Assembly: GCA_037481815.1 (NCBI GenBank)
Contig: JBBFKX010000001.1
Coordinates: forward strand, 1,373-65,372
Direction of reading: 5' to 3'
DNA: 64,000 nt
DNA from: a candidate division WOR-3 bacterium
GTDB lineage: Bacteria > Hydrothermota > 32-111
The notes under the pieces are model-generated. The model saw only the letters and a program-made list of their open reading frames with translations, had not been told where the DNA came from and did not search any database. The position numbers and the translations under genes were made by a program. The stretch's first letter is position 1. Each line of letters opens with the position of its first letter. Shown here piece by piece: positions 1 to 8,296 of this stretch.

Positions 1-663
1 TATGTTTATGTTGATCTTCATGATAAAAATATCCTTGATTCAACAGGTCTTACACCAACAAATCGAGGTTACTGTTATAGTGCCAACTTAACATATGATC
101 CTTACACAGAAGAAATTTATGTGGTATACCTTGATTATCTGACTTCAAAAACGAGTGTTGAGATGTTAAGGTTTGCAAGTGATAAAAATATTTACAGAGC
201 AACAGTGATTCCAAATGCGAATCTTATCAGTGTTGAATGTTCAAAATATATAGTCGACAATGATGGAATAAATGGTTTTCTGCATATCTCAGGTGTGGCT
301 GGATCACTCGATTCGGTTTACTGGAAAATTATAAATGTGTTTGATCCTTCCTTTGTGTGGGACTCGGTTGGATATTGGGGCAGTTTTTATGGAATAGGAA
401 ATAAAAACAAAGTTAATAACTGTTTATCAATAAAATTGTTATCAAATATTTTAAAAGAAGAAAATAGTTTGAAACTTCTTGTTGAAGAAGAAGGGATTTA
501 TGATATAAAAATTTTTGATAAAGCAGGCAGAGTATTTTATAGTAAAAGTATCTTTTTGAAAAAAGGTGTGAATGTGGTTAAGTTTGAAATAAAAAATGGA
601 GTTAATTTTATTTCTGTGAGAAAGGAAAGTAGAACTTTTAATGGGAAATTTTTAAAGATATAA
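1..663 (+). CDS. Hypothetical secreted or surface protein, C-terminal part; the ORF is open from before the window.
   Basis: Frame 1 is open from nt 1 with no stop until 663. The C-terminal ~80 aa look like a beta-sandwich sorting or Ig-like domain. No recognisable catalytic motifs. Confidence 0.4.
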   Translation, partial: YVYVDLHDKNILDSTGLTPTNRGYCYSANLTYDPYTEEIYVVYLDYLTSKTSVEMLRFASDKNIYRATVIPNANLISVECSKYIVDNDGINGFLHISGVAGSLDSVYWKIINVFDPSFVWDSVGYWGSFYGIGNKNKVNNCLSIKLLSNILKEENSLKLLVEEEGIYDIKIFDKAGRVFYSKSIFLKKGVNVVKFEIKNGVNFISVRKESRTFNGKFLKI

Positions 664-679
664 TTTTTTACTTCACTAT

Positions 680-708
680 TTGACTTTACCTTTTCATAAT
701 GATATAAT
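680..708 (+). promoter_or_regulatory. Sigma-70 type promoter: TTGACT, 17-nt spacer, TATAAT.
   Basis: TTGACT at 680-685, a 17-nt spacer, TATAAT at 703-708. An AAGGGAG ribosome-binding site (RBS) follows at 715-721, 3 nt before the ATG at 724. Confidence 0.6.
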
Positions 709-723
709 TCAATAAAGGGAGTT

Positions 724-1587
724 ATGAATAAACTTTTATTCGATTTAATATTAATCTTACATTTAATGTTACTTATCCCACTTATCGATAGAATTGCTGA
801 TGTTAAGAAAAAAAGATGGCAGATAGTGTTGGGTTTTGTTTTTTCTTTTATTGCTCTTGCGACGATGAGGTTTTCATGGAAATTAGCAGAAGGTGTTGTT
901 TACGATGGTAGATCTATCGTTCTTGGTTTTGCTGGTTTTTATGGTGGTTTTATCCCTCTTATTTTGACCATATTTTTTGCCACATTGTATAGAATTTATA
1001 TTGGAGGGAATGGGATATTAGCAGGGATATTAACGATAATTCTATGTGGTTTTGCAGGTTATGTTTTCAGAAGATTTTTTTATAAGAAAGTTATCAGATG
1101 GGGATTTTGGAGAAACCTTTTTGTTTCAATTATTTTTTCATATGTATTATCTTTTGCGATGCTATTTTCGCAAATTTTTATTTTCCCTTTCTTTTCCGGA
1201 TTTTCAAAAATCAAAATAATATTTTTCCCTTTGATGACTTTTTATCCACTGACCACAATGATAAGTTTTCTTATCACAAACTATGTTTTAAAATATAATT
1301 TCACAAAAAGAGAACTTGAAAAAAGAATTTCACTTCAAAAAGAGATAATAGATAAAGCAAACATTATCTATGTAGAACTTGATAGAGATGGGAACATCGT
1401 CAATATGAACGAGGAATCAGAAAATGTAACAGGTTATAAGAGAGAAGAGGTTTTAGGTAAAAACTGGTTTGAAACTTTTATCCCCGATGAGTATAAAAAA
1501 AACGTTGATGAAGTTTTCAATGATTTCAAACAATTTAAAATTATCAGAGAAACCTATGAAAATCCCATAAAGAGTAAAAGATGGTAG
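724..1587 (+). CDS. N-terminal fragment of a sensor kinase: 5-6 TM membrane domain of 5TMR/LytS type plus the first PAS domain. It ends at an in-frame TAG caused by an apparent frameshift.
   Basis: Hydrophobic N-terminus with multiple TM helices, then PAS-like sequence (ELDRDGNIVNMNEESENVTGYKREEVLGKNWFETFIPDEY). A different frame (open from 1571) continues the PAS core as KDGSLKYILWRNSIKRDGDKILGTISFGIDITEKK. Confidence 0.6.
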   Translation: MNKLLFDLILILHLMLLIPLIDRIADVKKKRWQIVLGFVFSFIALATMRFSWKLAEGVVYDGRSIVLGFAGFYGGFIPLILTIFFATLYRIYIGGNGILAGILTIILCGFAGYVFRRFFYKKVIRWGFWRNLFVSIIFSYVLSFAMLFSQIFIFPFFSGFSKIKIIFFPLMTFYPLTTMISFLITNYVLKYNFTKRELEKRISLQKEIIDKANIIYVELDRDGNIVNMNEESENVTGYKREEVLGKNWFETFIPDEYKKNVDEVFNDFKQFKIIRETYENPIKSKRW

Positions 1588-4360
1588 TTTAAAATATATA
1601 CTCTGGAGAAACAGTATTAAGAGAGATGGGGATAAAATTTTAGGAACAATTTCTTTTGGTATAGATATAACCGAAAAAAAGAATTTGGAAAAGCAGATTC
1701 TTGAAAGTGAAGAACTTTTCAGAAAGTCGTTTAAAGAACATAACACTGTTAACCTTTTGGTTGATTCAGATACTGGAGAAATGGTTGATTTCAACGATGC
1801 TGCTTTACAATTTTATGGTTATACTTACGATGAGATGAAAAAGATGAATATAAACCAGATAAACATACTTCCAGATCGAGAGATAAAGAATAGGATGAGG
1901 GAAGCAAGGGAAAGGAAACAGAACTTTTTCATTTTTAAACATAGATTGAAGGATGGAAGGATAAGGGATGTTGAGGTTTACTCAAGAGGTTATGATTATA
2001 AAGGTAAACACTTTTTACATTCAATAATTTTTGATGTAACTGAAAAACTCGAATATGAAAATAGATTAAAAGAAACAACGGAATATTTGAAACATATTTT
2101 TGATTCTCTAACAGATGCTTTGGCTATTCATGATGAAAATTACAGAATAATTGATGTGAACAAAAAGACATGCGAAATGTTTGGTTACTCTTACGAAGAA
2201 GTTTTAAATGCATCGATAAATGATCTAAGTTATGGTAAACCACCATACTCGATGCAAGATGCAATAAAACACCTGAACGAAGCAAAAGAGAAAGGGGAAA
2301 CAACCTTTGAATGGTTTTCGAAGAGAAAAGATGGAACATTTTTTTTCTCTGAAGTAAGTATAAGGTTTGTTGAGATAATGGGGTTTAAAAGGTTTATAGT
2401 TCTTGTAAGAGACATAAGTAAAAGAAAGGAGTTGGAAAAGAGTTTAAAAGAATCAGAGGAAAGGTTAAAACTTGCACTTGAAGGAAGTGAAGAGATCGTC
2501 TGGGATCTTAATATCGAAACAGGCAAGATAGATTATTCTGAAAGGTTGAATGAGATTTTAGGTTATGATGAAAATGAGATAGAAAAAAATATTGAGCAAT
2601 GGAAAATTTTACTCCATCCTGACGATTATGAAAGTATGATTGACACTTTCAACATGTATTTGTCTGGAAGAATAGACAAATATGATGTTGAGTACAGGTT
2701 AAAAAAGAAAGATGGTGATTATGTCTGGTTTAAATCTTCAGGAAAAATTTTTGAATACAATGAACATGGTAAACCATCAAGAATGGTTGGAACACTTATA
2801 GATATAACATCGAAAAAATTGCTTGAAGAGGAGATTAAAAGAAGAGAGAGATTTTACAGGGAACTTTTTGAGTCAGCACCTGATGGTGTTTTGATCCTTC
2901 AAAATGATGTGATCATCGATTGTAACAAAAAATCGCAGGAGATTTTCGGTTTACCGAAAAAGTTTATGGTTGGAAAAACACCTTACGATCTTTCACCAGA
3001 ATATCAACCTGACAATATACTTTCAAAAGAAAAAGCAAAATACTGGATAAAAGGTGTTCTTGAAGGCGAAAATAAAATTTTTAACTGGATACATAAAAGA
3101 GATGATGGAACAAATTTTGAATGTGAAATAAGTTTAACTTTACTCGATAAAGAACAGAAGATCATACTTGCTTTTGTAAGAGATATAGATGAGAAAGTAA
3201 AGAGAGAAAAGGAAATTAAAAATCTTCAGGATCAATTGTACCAATCACAAAAACTTGAAACATTTGGAAAATTTGCAGGTGGTATAGCACATGATTTTAA
3301 CAATCTTTTAAGTGTGATAATGGCTAACGCTGAACTTTCTCTTGAAAAGGTTGAAAACGATGATCTTTTAAAAAGAAATCTTGAAACGATCGTTAATGTT
3401 GCAAACGATGGAGCAAAACTTTCAAAAAAACTTCTCATTTTTGGTAAAGAGCAGGTTGCAAATCCTGAAGTGTTAAATCTAAATCTATTTTTCAAAGATA
3501 TTATTCCTTTTTTGAAAAAACTTATCGGAGAGAATATAGAAATCTTTTTCTATCCAGAAGAGAATCTGGGGAATATTATTATTGATAGGATTTATCTTGA
3601 ACAGATCTTTATGAACCTTGCTGCAAACGCAAGGGATGCTATAGAAGGTAATGGAAAGATAATCATTCAAACAAAGGAAGTTAACCTTGATGATGAATAT
3701 GTAAAAAAACATTATGGTGTAGATGAAGGTAGATATGTGATGGTCTCCTTTTCTGATACTGGGAAAGGGATTGAAAAAGAAATAATGTCAAAAATTTTTG
3801 ATCCGTTCTTTACAACAAAAGGTGAAAAAGGTACCGGACTTGGACTTTCAGTTGTTTATGGAATAGTAAAACAGGCAAAAGGATATATAAATGTTTACTC
3901 TGAAAAAGGTGTGGGAACAACATTTAAAATCTATTTCCCATTAACTGATAAAAAAATTGAAACTTTCAAAGAGACAAAAACGGATGCTAAATTAAAAGGT
4001 TCTGGAAATAAAATCCTTCTTGTTGAGGATGAGGAGTTTTTGAGAAATGCTGTGTATGAAATATTGACAAAAAATGGATACATTGTTGATATCGCAAAGG
4101 AGGGAGAGGAAGCGCTGGAAAAATTTAGAAATAATTTTTATGACCTTGTTATCTCCGATATGATAATGCCTAAAATGAATGGACACCTTCTGTATAAAGA
4201 ATTAAAAAGTATAAGAGGTAATCTTAAAATCCTTTTTATGTCAGGATACACTGACAATGCGTTTAAAGATAATGGTATAGATCTATCAAACATACCTTTC
4301 ATTTTAAAACCGTTCAGGAGTTTTGACCTTTTGAAAAAAGTGAAAGAATTACTTGGATAA
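1571..4360 (+). CDS. C-terminal part of a hybrid sensor histidine kinase: multiple PAS domains, HisKA, HATPase_c and a C-terminal receiver. Reading-frame continuation of 724..1587; the annotated ATG ORF is 1685..4360.
   Basis: Several PAS/PAC repeats and a coiled-coil. H-box HDFNNLLSVIMANAELSL. G-boxes DTGKGI and GTGLGLS. Receiver KILLVEDEEFLRN...DLVISDMIMPKMNG. Confidence 0.75.
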   Translation, partial: RVKDGSLKYILWRNSIKRDGDKILGTISFGIDITEKKNLEKQILESEELFRKSFKEHNTVNLLVDSDTGEMVDFNDAALQFYGYTYDEMKKMNINQINILPDREIKNRMREARERKQNFFIFKHRLKDGRIRDVEVYSRGYDYKGKHFLHSIIFDVTEKLEYENRLKETTEYLKHIFDSLTDALAIHDENYRIIDVNKKTCEMFGYSYEEVLNASINDLSYGKPPYSMQDAIKHLNEAKEKGETTFEWFSKRKDGTFFFSEVSIRFVEIMGFKRFIVLVRDISKRKELEKSLKESEERLKLALEGSEEIVWDLNIETGKIDYSERLNEILGYDENEIEKNIEQWKILLHPDDYESMIDTFNMYLSGRIDKYDVEYRLKKKDGDYVWFKSSGKIFEYNEHGKPSRMVGTLIDITSKKLLEEEIKRRERFYRELFESAPDGVLILQNDVIIDCNKKSQEIFGLPKKFMVGKTPYDLSPEYQPDNILSKEKAKYWIKGVLEGENKIFNWIHKRDDGTNFECEISLTLLDKEQKIILAFVRDIDEKVKREKEIKNLQDQLYQSQKLETFGKFAGGIAHDFNNLLSVIMANAELSLEKVENDDLLKRNLETIVNVANDGAKLSKKLLIFGKEQVANPEVLNLNLFFKDIIPFLKKLIGENIEIFFYPEENLGNIIIDRIYLEQIFMNLAANARDAIEGNGKIIIQTKEVNLDDEYVKKHYGVDEGRYVMVSFSDTGKGIEKEIMSKIFDPFFTTKGEKGTGLGLSVVYGIVKQAKGYINVYSEKGVGTTFKIYFPLTDKKIETFKETKTDAKLKGSGNKILLVEDEEFLRNAVYEILTKNGYIVDIAKEGEEALEKFRNNFYDLVISDMIMPKMNGHLLYKELKSIRGNLKILFMSGYTDNAFKDNGIDLSNIPFILKPFRSFDLLKKVKELLG

Positions 4361-4372
4361 AAAATCACCATA

Positions 4373-4400
4373 TTGATAAAAAAATTAATCCTGTTATAAT
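4373..4400 (+). promoter_or_regulatory. Sigma-70 type promoter (TTGATA, 16 nt, TATAAT) for tRNA-Leu.
   Basis: TTGATA at 4373-4378 and TATAAT at 4395-4400, ending 13 nt before the tRNA 5' end. Confidence 0.6.
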
Positions 4401-4413
4401 ACACCTGATGAGA

Positions 4414-4498
4414 GTCGAAGTGGCGGAATCTGGTAGACGCGTTAGATTCAGGTTCTAATAGGGGCAACTCTGTGGGGGTTCAAATCCCCCCTTCGACA
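4414..4498 (+). tRNA. tRNA-Leu (anticodon CAG), type II with a long variable arm.
   Basis: Manual fold: 7-bp acceptor GTCGAAG/CTTCGAC, D-arm GCG..CGC, anticodon stem TTAGA/TCTAA with loop TTCAGGT (CAG), long variable arm, T-arm GGGGG-TTCAAAT-CCCCC, discriminator A. CCA is not encoded. Confidence 0.85.
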
Positions 4499-4507
4499 GA
4501 GGGGTTT

Positions 4508-7500
4508 ATGGATAAAGAAAAAGAATTTTTGAAAGCATCACTTGAATCCTTTAAAAAATATCTCCCGAAAAGAATTGTGGAAAAGATACTTTCAAATCCT
4601 TATGAGGTAAAAGTTGATTCTGAAAGAAGAGTTGTAACGGTTCTTTTTGGTGACATTTCCGGATTTACCGCATTGTCTGAACGTCTTGATCCTGAGGATG
4701 TTATCAAAGTCATAAACAAATATTTTAAAAAGATGGTCAGAATTGTTGATAAATATGGTGGTGATGTTGATAAATTTATAGGTGATGCAGTTCTTGTTGT
4801 TTTTGGAGCCCCGGTTGCACATTCAGATGACCCTGAGAGAGCAGTAAGGGCTGCACTTGAGATGCAAAAGGAGATGGAAACGATTGAACCTGTTTATGCA
4901 AAAGGTGAGTATGTTAAAGTTACGATGCATATCGGTATCAATACTGGTGAGGTTGTTGCTTTAAATATGGGTGTTGATGACAGGATGGAATATACGATAA
5001 TGGGAGATAATGTTAACCTCACATCACGACTCGAAGGGATTGCAAAATCAGGAGAAATAATAATATCTGAAAATACATATAAACATGTAAAGGATATCTT
5101 TGATTTTGAAAAACTTGAACCTGTTATGGTAAAAGGGAAAAAAGACCCGATACAGATATACAAAGTTTTATCTCTGAAAAAAGGTCTTGTTAGAGAGGAA
5201 GATTTGAAATTTGTTGGGAATGAGGATATAAAAAAATTACCTGAGGTTCTTGTTGAAAAATTTGTAAAAGATAACCAGAATTTTTCCCTTTTTATACAGG
5301 GTGATGAGGGATGTGGAAAGACGAAATATTGTTCGCTTCTTTTTGACATATTTGATAGAAAAAATGTGAAAATCTTTAAGTCAGGCGGTCAAACATTTTT
5401 TCAAAATGTTCCTTTCAAAAAACTCAAAGATTTTGTTGAAGAACAGTTAAAAATAGATGAAAGTGATTCAAATGAAACGATAAAAAACAAAATAGATAAT
5501 TTTCTTTTACCTGATGAAAGGGATGGTTTTTATCTTCTTTTTAACCTTGATGATTCTTATGATGAAAAAGTTTTTAATTTAAAAGTTTTTGAAACCTCAA
5601 AAAGGTTTCTTGAAAAATCGATTGGCTCAGATAAAACTCTTTTTTTAATAGATGATTTTGATCTTTTTGATGATCATTCAAAAAACATATTTTTGAAACT
5701 ATTAAACAATCTTTTAGAAAGAAATAATTTTTCAGTGATCCTTAGTTCAAAAGAAAATATTGATTTTAATTTTACAGATAAAGTTGTTCTGAAGTCACTT
5801 GATTTTGAAAAGTTTAATGAACTTGTTGAAATTAAAAGTTCAAAAAAATTTGACGATGAGGATCTAAAATATCTTTTCAAAAGAAGTGAAGGAAACCCGA
5901 AAAAATTTGTTGAGATCTTGAAATTTTTGAATGATAAAAATTTTCTTGAGGAAAAGGATGGTAAACTTTTCATAAAAGAGGAAGGGAAAAAAGTTATTCC
6001 CGATTCACTCAAATCGATTTTTGTTTCCAAAATAGATAGTTTAAAAGAGAATGATAAAAAAGTGATCCAGTACACTTCACTTTTAGGTTATAGGTTTAAA
6101 AAGAGTGAAGTCACACAATATTTCAATTTTTCTCCAAAAGATATTGATGAGAGTTTTAAAATTTTAACGGACAGAGGTTTTCTGGAATTTTATGATAAGG
6201 AGACATACTATTTTTCATCAGAACTTTTTTATGAATCGGTCTATAATTCATTATCTTTTGATAAAAGAAAAGCGTTACATAAAAACATTGGTGATTATAT
6301 AGAAAAAAAATCTCTTGATAAGAATGAAGAAATTTTAAGAAAACTTTCTTTCCATTATTCAAAAAGTGATGATTTTGAAAAGGCATCCTTCTACCTTGAA
6401 AAGGTTGGAGATTTAGATTCAAAACTTTTCTCATACAAACAATCTGTTGAAAATTACAACAACGCAATAAGTTTACTTCAAAAGGAAAAAAGATTTGACA
6501 GGATGATCCCGGTTGTGATAAAACTTATAAATGTGTTAATCCAGATTGGATCATTCAACAGGGCTTTAGAACTTTTAAAAGAAAAAAGAGAAGTATTTCT
6601 TTACGATGATGAGAGAGAAATAGATTATCTCCTTCTTGAGGGAATGATATACGACCGTATCGGTGATTACAATAGATCAGAAGAGATATACAAAGTAGCA
6701 TTGAAAAAATCTTTAAATTTAAAAAATAAACAGATTTTATCAAAAATCTACAATTCACTTGGAATACTTAAATCTTTTGAAGGGAAATATGATGAATCAC
6801 TTGAATATTATAATCTTTCGCTCGATATAAATATCAAAGAAAACAACAAAAAGGATACAGGTGCATTATATATTAATATAGGTAAAATATATTTAGAGCA
6901 AAACAGGTTTGATGAAGCAAAAAAATATTTTGAACTTTCCTTTGATCTTTTCAAGGAAATTGATGATAAAAAAAAGCAACTTCTTTCACTCATAAATCTT
7001 GGAACAGTTTATGATTTAACTGGGAATTATGATAAGGCAGAGAATCTTTACAAGGAAGCTTTAAAACTTTCATTACTTGTAAAAGATGAGATAGAAACTG
7101 CAAGGATCGAAAATAATCTTGGGACTATAAAATTTTTGACAGGGAAATATGATGATGCAATTACAAGTTATCAAAATTCAATAAAAATATTTGAAAGGTA
7201 TGAAGAGTTGAAGGGACTTTCAGAGATATATTCAAATATGGGGGAGATAAATTTTCTTTTAGGTGAGTTTGAAATATCAAAAGGGTATTATGAAAAAAGT
7301 TTGAACCTGTGTGAAAAAATATCACATAAACACCTTAAAACATACACCTCTCTCAATTATGCTAACCTTCTGTCGTTTTTAGGTTATCTTGAAAAAAGTG
7401 AAGAGATGATTTTAACAAACAAAGATTATATAGAAAAAAACAATCTCGTTGATTTAAAAATTATCTCTTTAAATATACTCGCAAAGATCAACGGCTTGAA

Positions 7501-8296
7501 ATCCTATCTTGAAAAGGAGAAAGAACTTGTTCTTGAAGGAGTAAACCTTGCAAAAAAATATGGAATTAAAGAACTTGAATATAACCTCTATTCTACTCTG
7601 ATAAAAACTCTGATAGAGGAAAATCAACTTGAACAGGCAAAAATTCTTGCAAATGATGTTTTAGAATATGCTGAAAAAAATAAAAATGAAATACTTGCTG
7701 CTGATGTTTTAGCGTCACTTGCAGATATCCATATTAGAACTCAGGATATCGAGAGTATCTCGGAAATATCATCAAAATCTTTTGAGATAGCACAGAAAAC
7801 CAAATCAAAACTATCACTTTTGAGAACTTATATATCACTTTCAAGATTTTATCTTTTGACAGAAGATTTTACAAGTTGTGAGGATATTTTAAAAGAGGCG
7901 GAAAAGATTGGAGAAAGTATCGGATCACTCGAACATATTTTGATAATCAGAAAGATAAGTGATGATCTCTATACGAAATTGAACAAGGATGATCTAAGGT
8001 ACATATCACTTCTTAAAGGTGTTTCGACAATCGAAAAATATATTGCTCGTGCTGGAGAGGTCAACAGAGAAAATCTTATACATAAAAGAGGTTTTATAAA
8101 TTTTTATAAACATCTTTTTAACATAATGGTAAAAATCTTTGAAGTTGATTTTATTGTTAATGTTGTGAAAGATTTTGATAACAGTATCGTTATTGAAGTT
8201 TTGAAAGATTTTTATAAAATAGAAAACATAGATAAAACAAAAATTAAAGATCTGGTAAAATTTTTTGGAGAGATTCAAGATGAAAAAATTGATTAA
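4508..8296 (+). CDS. Class III adenylate/guanylate cyclase (CHD domain) fused to a P-loop ATPase and a long TPR-repeat region: a STAND/MalT-like signalling ATPase.
   Basis: CHD signature VTVLFGDISGFTALSE...FIGDAVLVVFGAP...GINTGEVVALNMG. A central NTPase region. C-terminal degenerate TPR repeats (YNNAISLLQ..., LGTVYDLTGNYDKAENLYKEALK). The track ORF starts at 4472 inside the tRNA, so the ATG at 4508 (MDKEKEF) was chosen. Confidence 0.75.
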   Translation: MDKEKEFLKASLESFKKYLPKRIVEKILSNPYEVKVDSERRVVTVLFGDISGFTALSERLDPEDVIKVINKYFKKMVRIVDKYGGDVDKFIGDAVLVVFGAPVAHSDDPERAVRAALEMQKEMETIEPVYAKGEYVKVTMHIGINTGEVVALNMGVDDRMEYTIMGDNVNLTSRLEGIAKSGEIIISENTYKHVKDIFDFEKLEPVMVKGKKDPIQIYKVLSLKKGLVREEDLKFVGNEDIKKLPEVLVEKFVKDNQNFSLFIQGDEGCGKTKYCSLLFDIFDRKNVKIFKSGGQTFFQNVPFKKLKDFVEEQLKIDESDSNETIKNKIDNFLLPDERDGFYLLFNLDDSYDEKVFNLKVFETSKRFLEKSIGSDKTLFLIDDFDLFDDHSKNIFLKLLNNLLERNNFSVILSSKENIDFNFTDKVVLKSLDFEKFNELVEIKSSKKFDDEDLKYLFKRSEGNPKKFVEILKFLNDKNFLEEKDGKLFIKEEGKKVIPDSLKSIFVSKIDSLKENDKKVIQYTSLLGYRFKKSEVTQYFNFSPKDIDESFKILTDRGFLEFYDKETYYFSSELFYESVYNSLSFDKRKALHKNIGDYIEKKSLDKNEEILRKLSFHYSKSDDFEKASFYLEKVGDLDSKLFSYKQSVENYNNAISLLQKEKRFDRMIPVVIKLINVLIQIGSFNRALELLKEKREVFLYDDEREIDYLLLEGMIYDRIGDYNRSEEIYKVALKKSLNLKNKQILSKIYNSLGILKSFEGKYDESLEYYNLSLDINIKENNKKDTGALYINIGKIYLEQNRFDEAKKYFELSFDLFKEIDDKKKQLLSLINLGTVYDLTGNYDKAENLYKEALKLSLLVKDEIETARIENNLGTIKFLTGKYDDAITSYQNSIKIFERYEELKGLSEIYSNMGEINFLLGEFEISKGYYEKSLNLCEKISHKHLKTYTSLNYANLLSFLGYLEKSEEMILTNKDYIEKNNLVDLKIISLNILAKINGLKSYLEKEKELVLEGVNLAKKYGIKELEYNLYSTLIKTLIEENQLEQAKILANDVLEYAEKNKNEILAADVLASLADIHIRTQDIESISEISSKSFEIAQKTKSKLSLLRTYISLSRFYLLTEDFTSCEDILKEAEKIGESIGSLEHILIIRKISDDLYTKLNKDDLRYISLLKGVSTIEKYIARAGEVNRENLIHKRGFINFYKHLFNIMVKIFEVDFIVNVVKDFDNSIVIEVLKDFYKIENIDKTKIKDLVKFFGEIQDEKID

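Noticed and set aside
4472-4507. Six-frame ORF start MGVQIPPSTEGF extending the cyclase gene upstream.
   Set aside because: This stretch lies inside the tRNA-Leu (4414..4498). The downstream in-frame ATG at 4508 (MDKEKEF) is the credible start.
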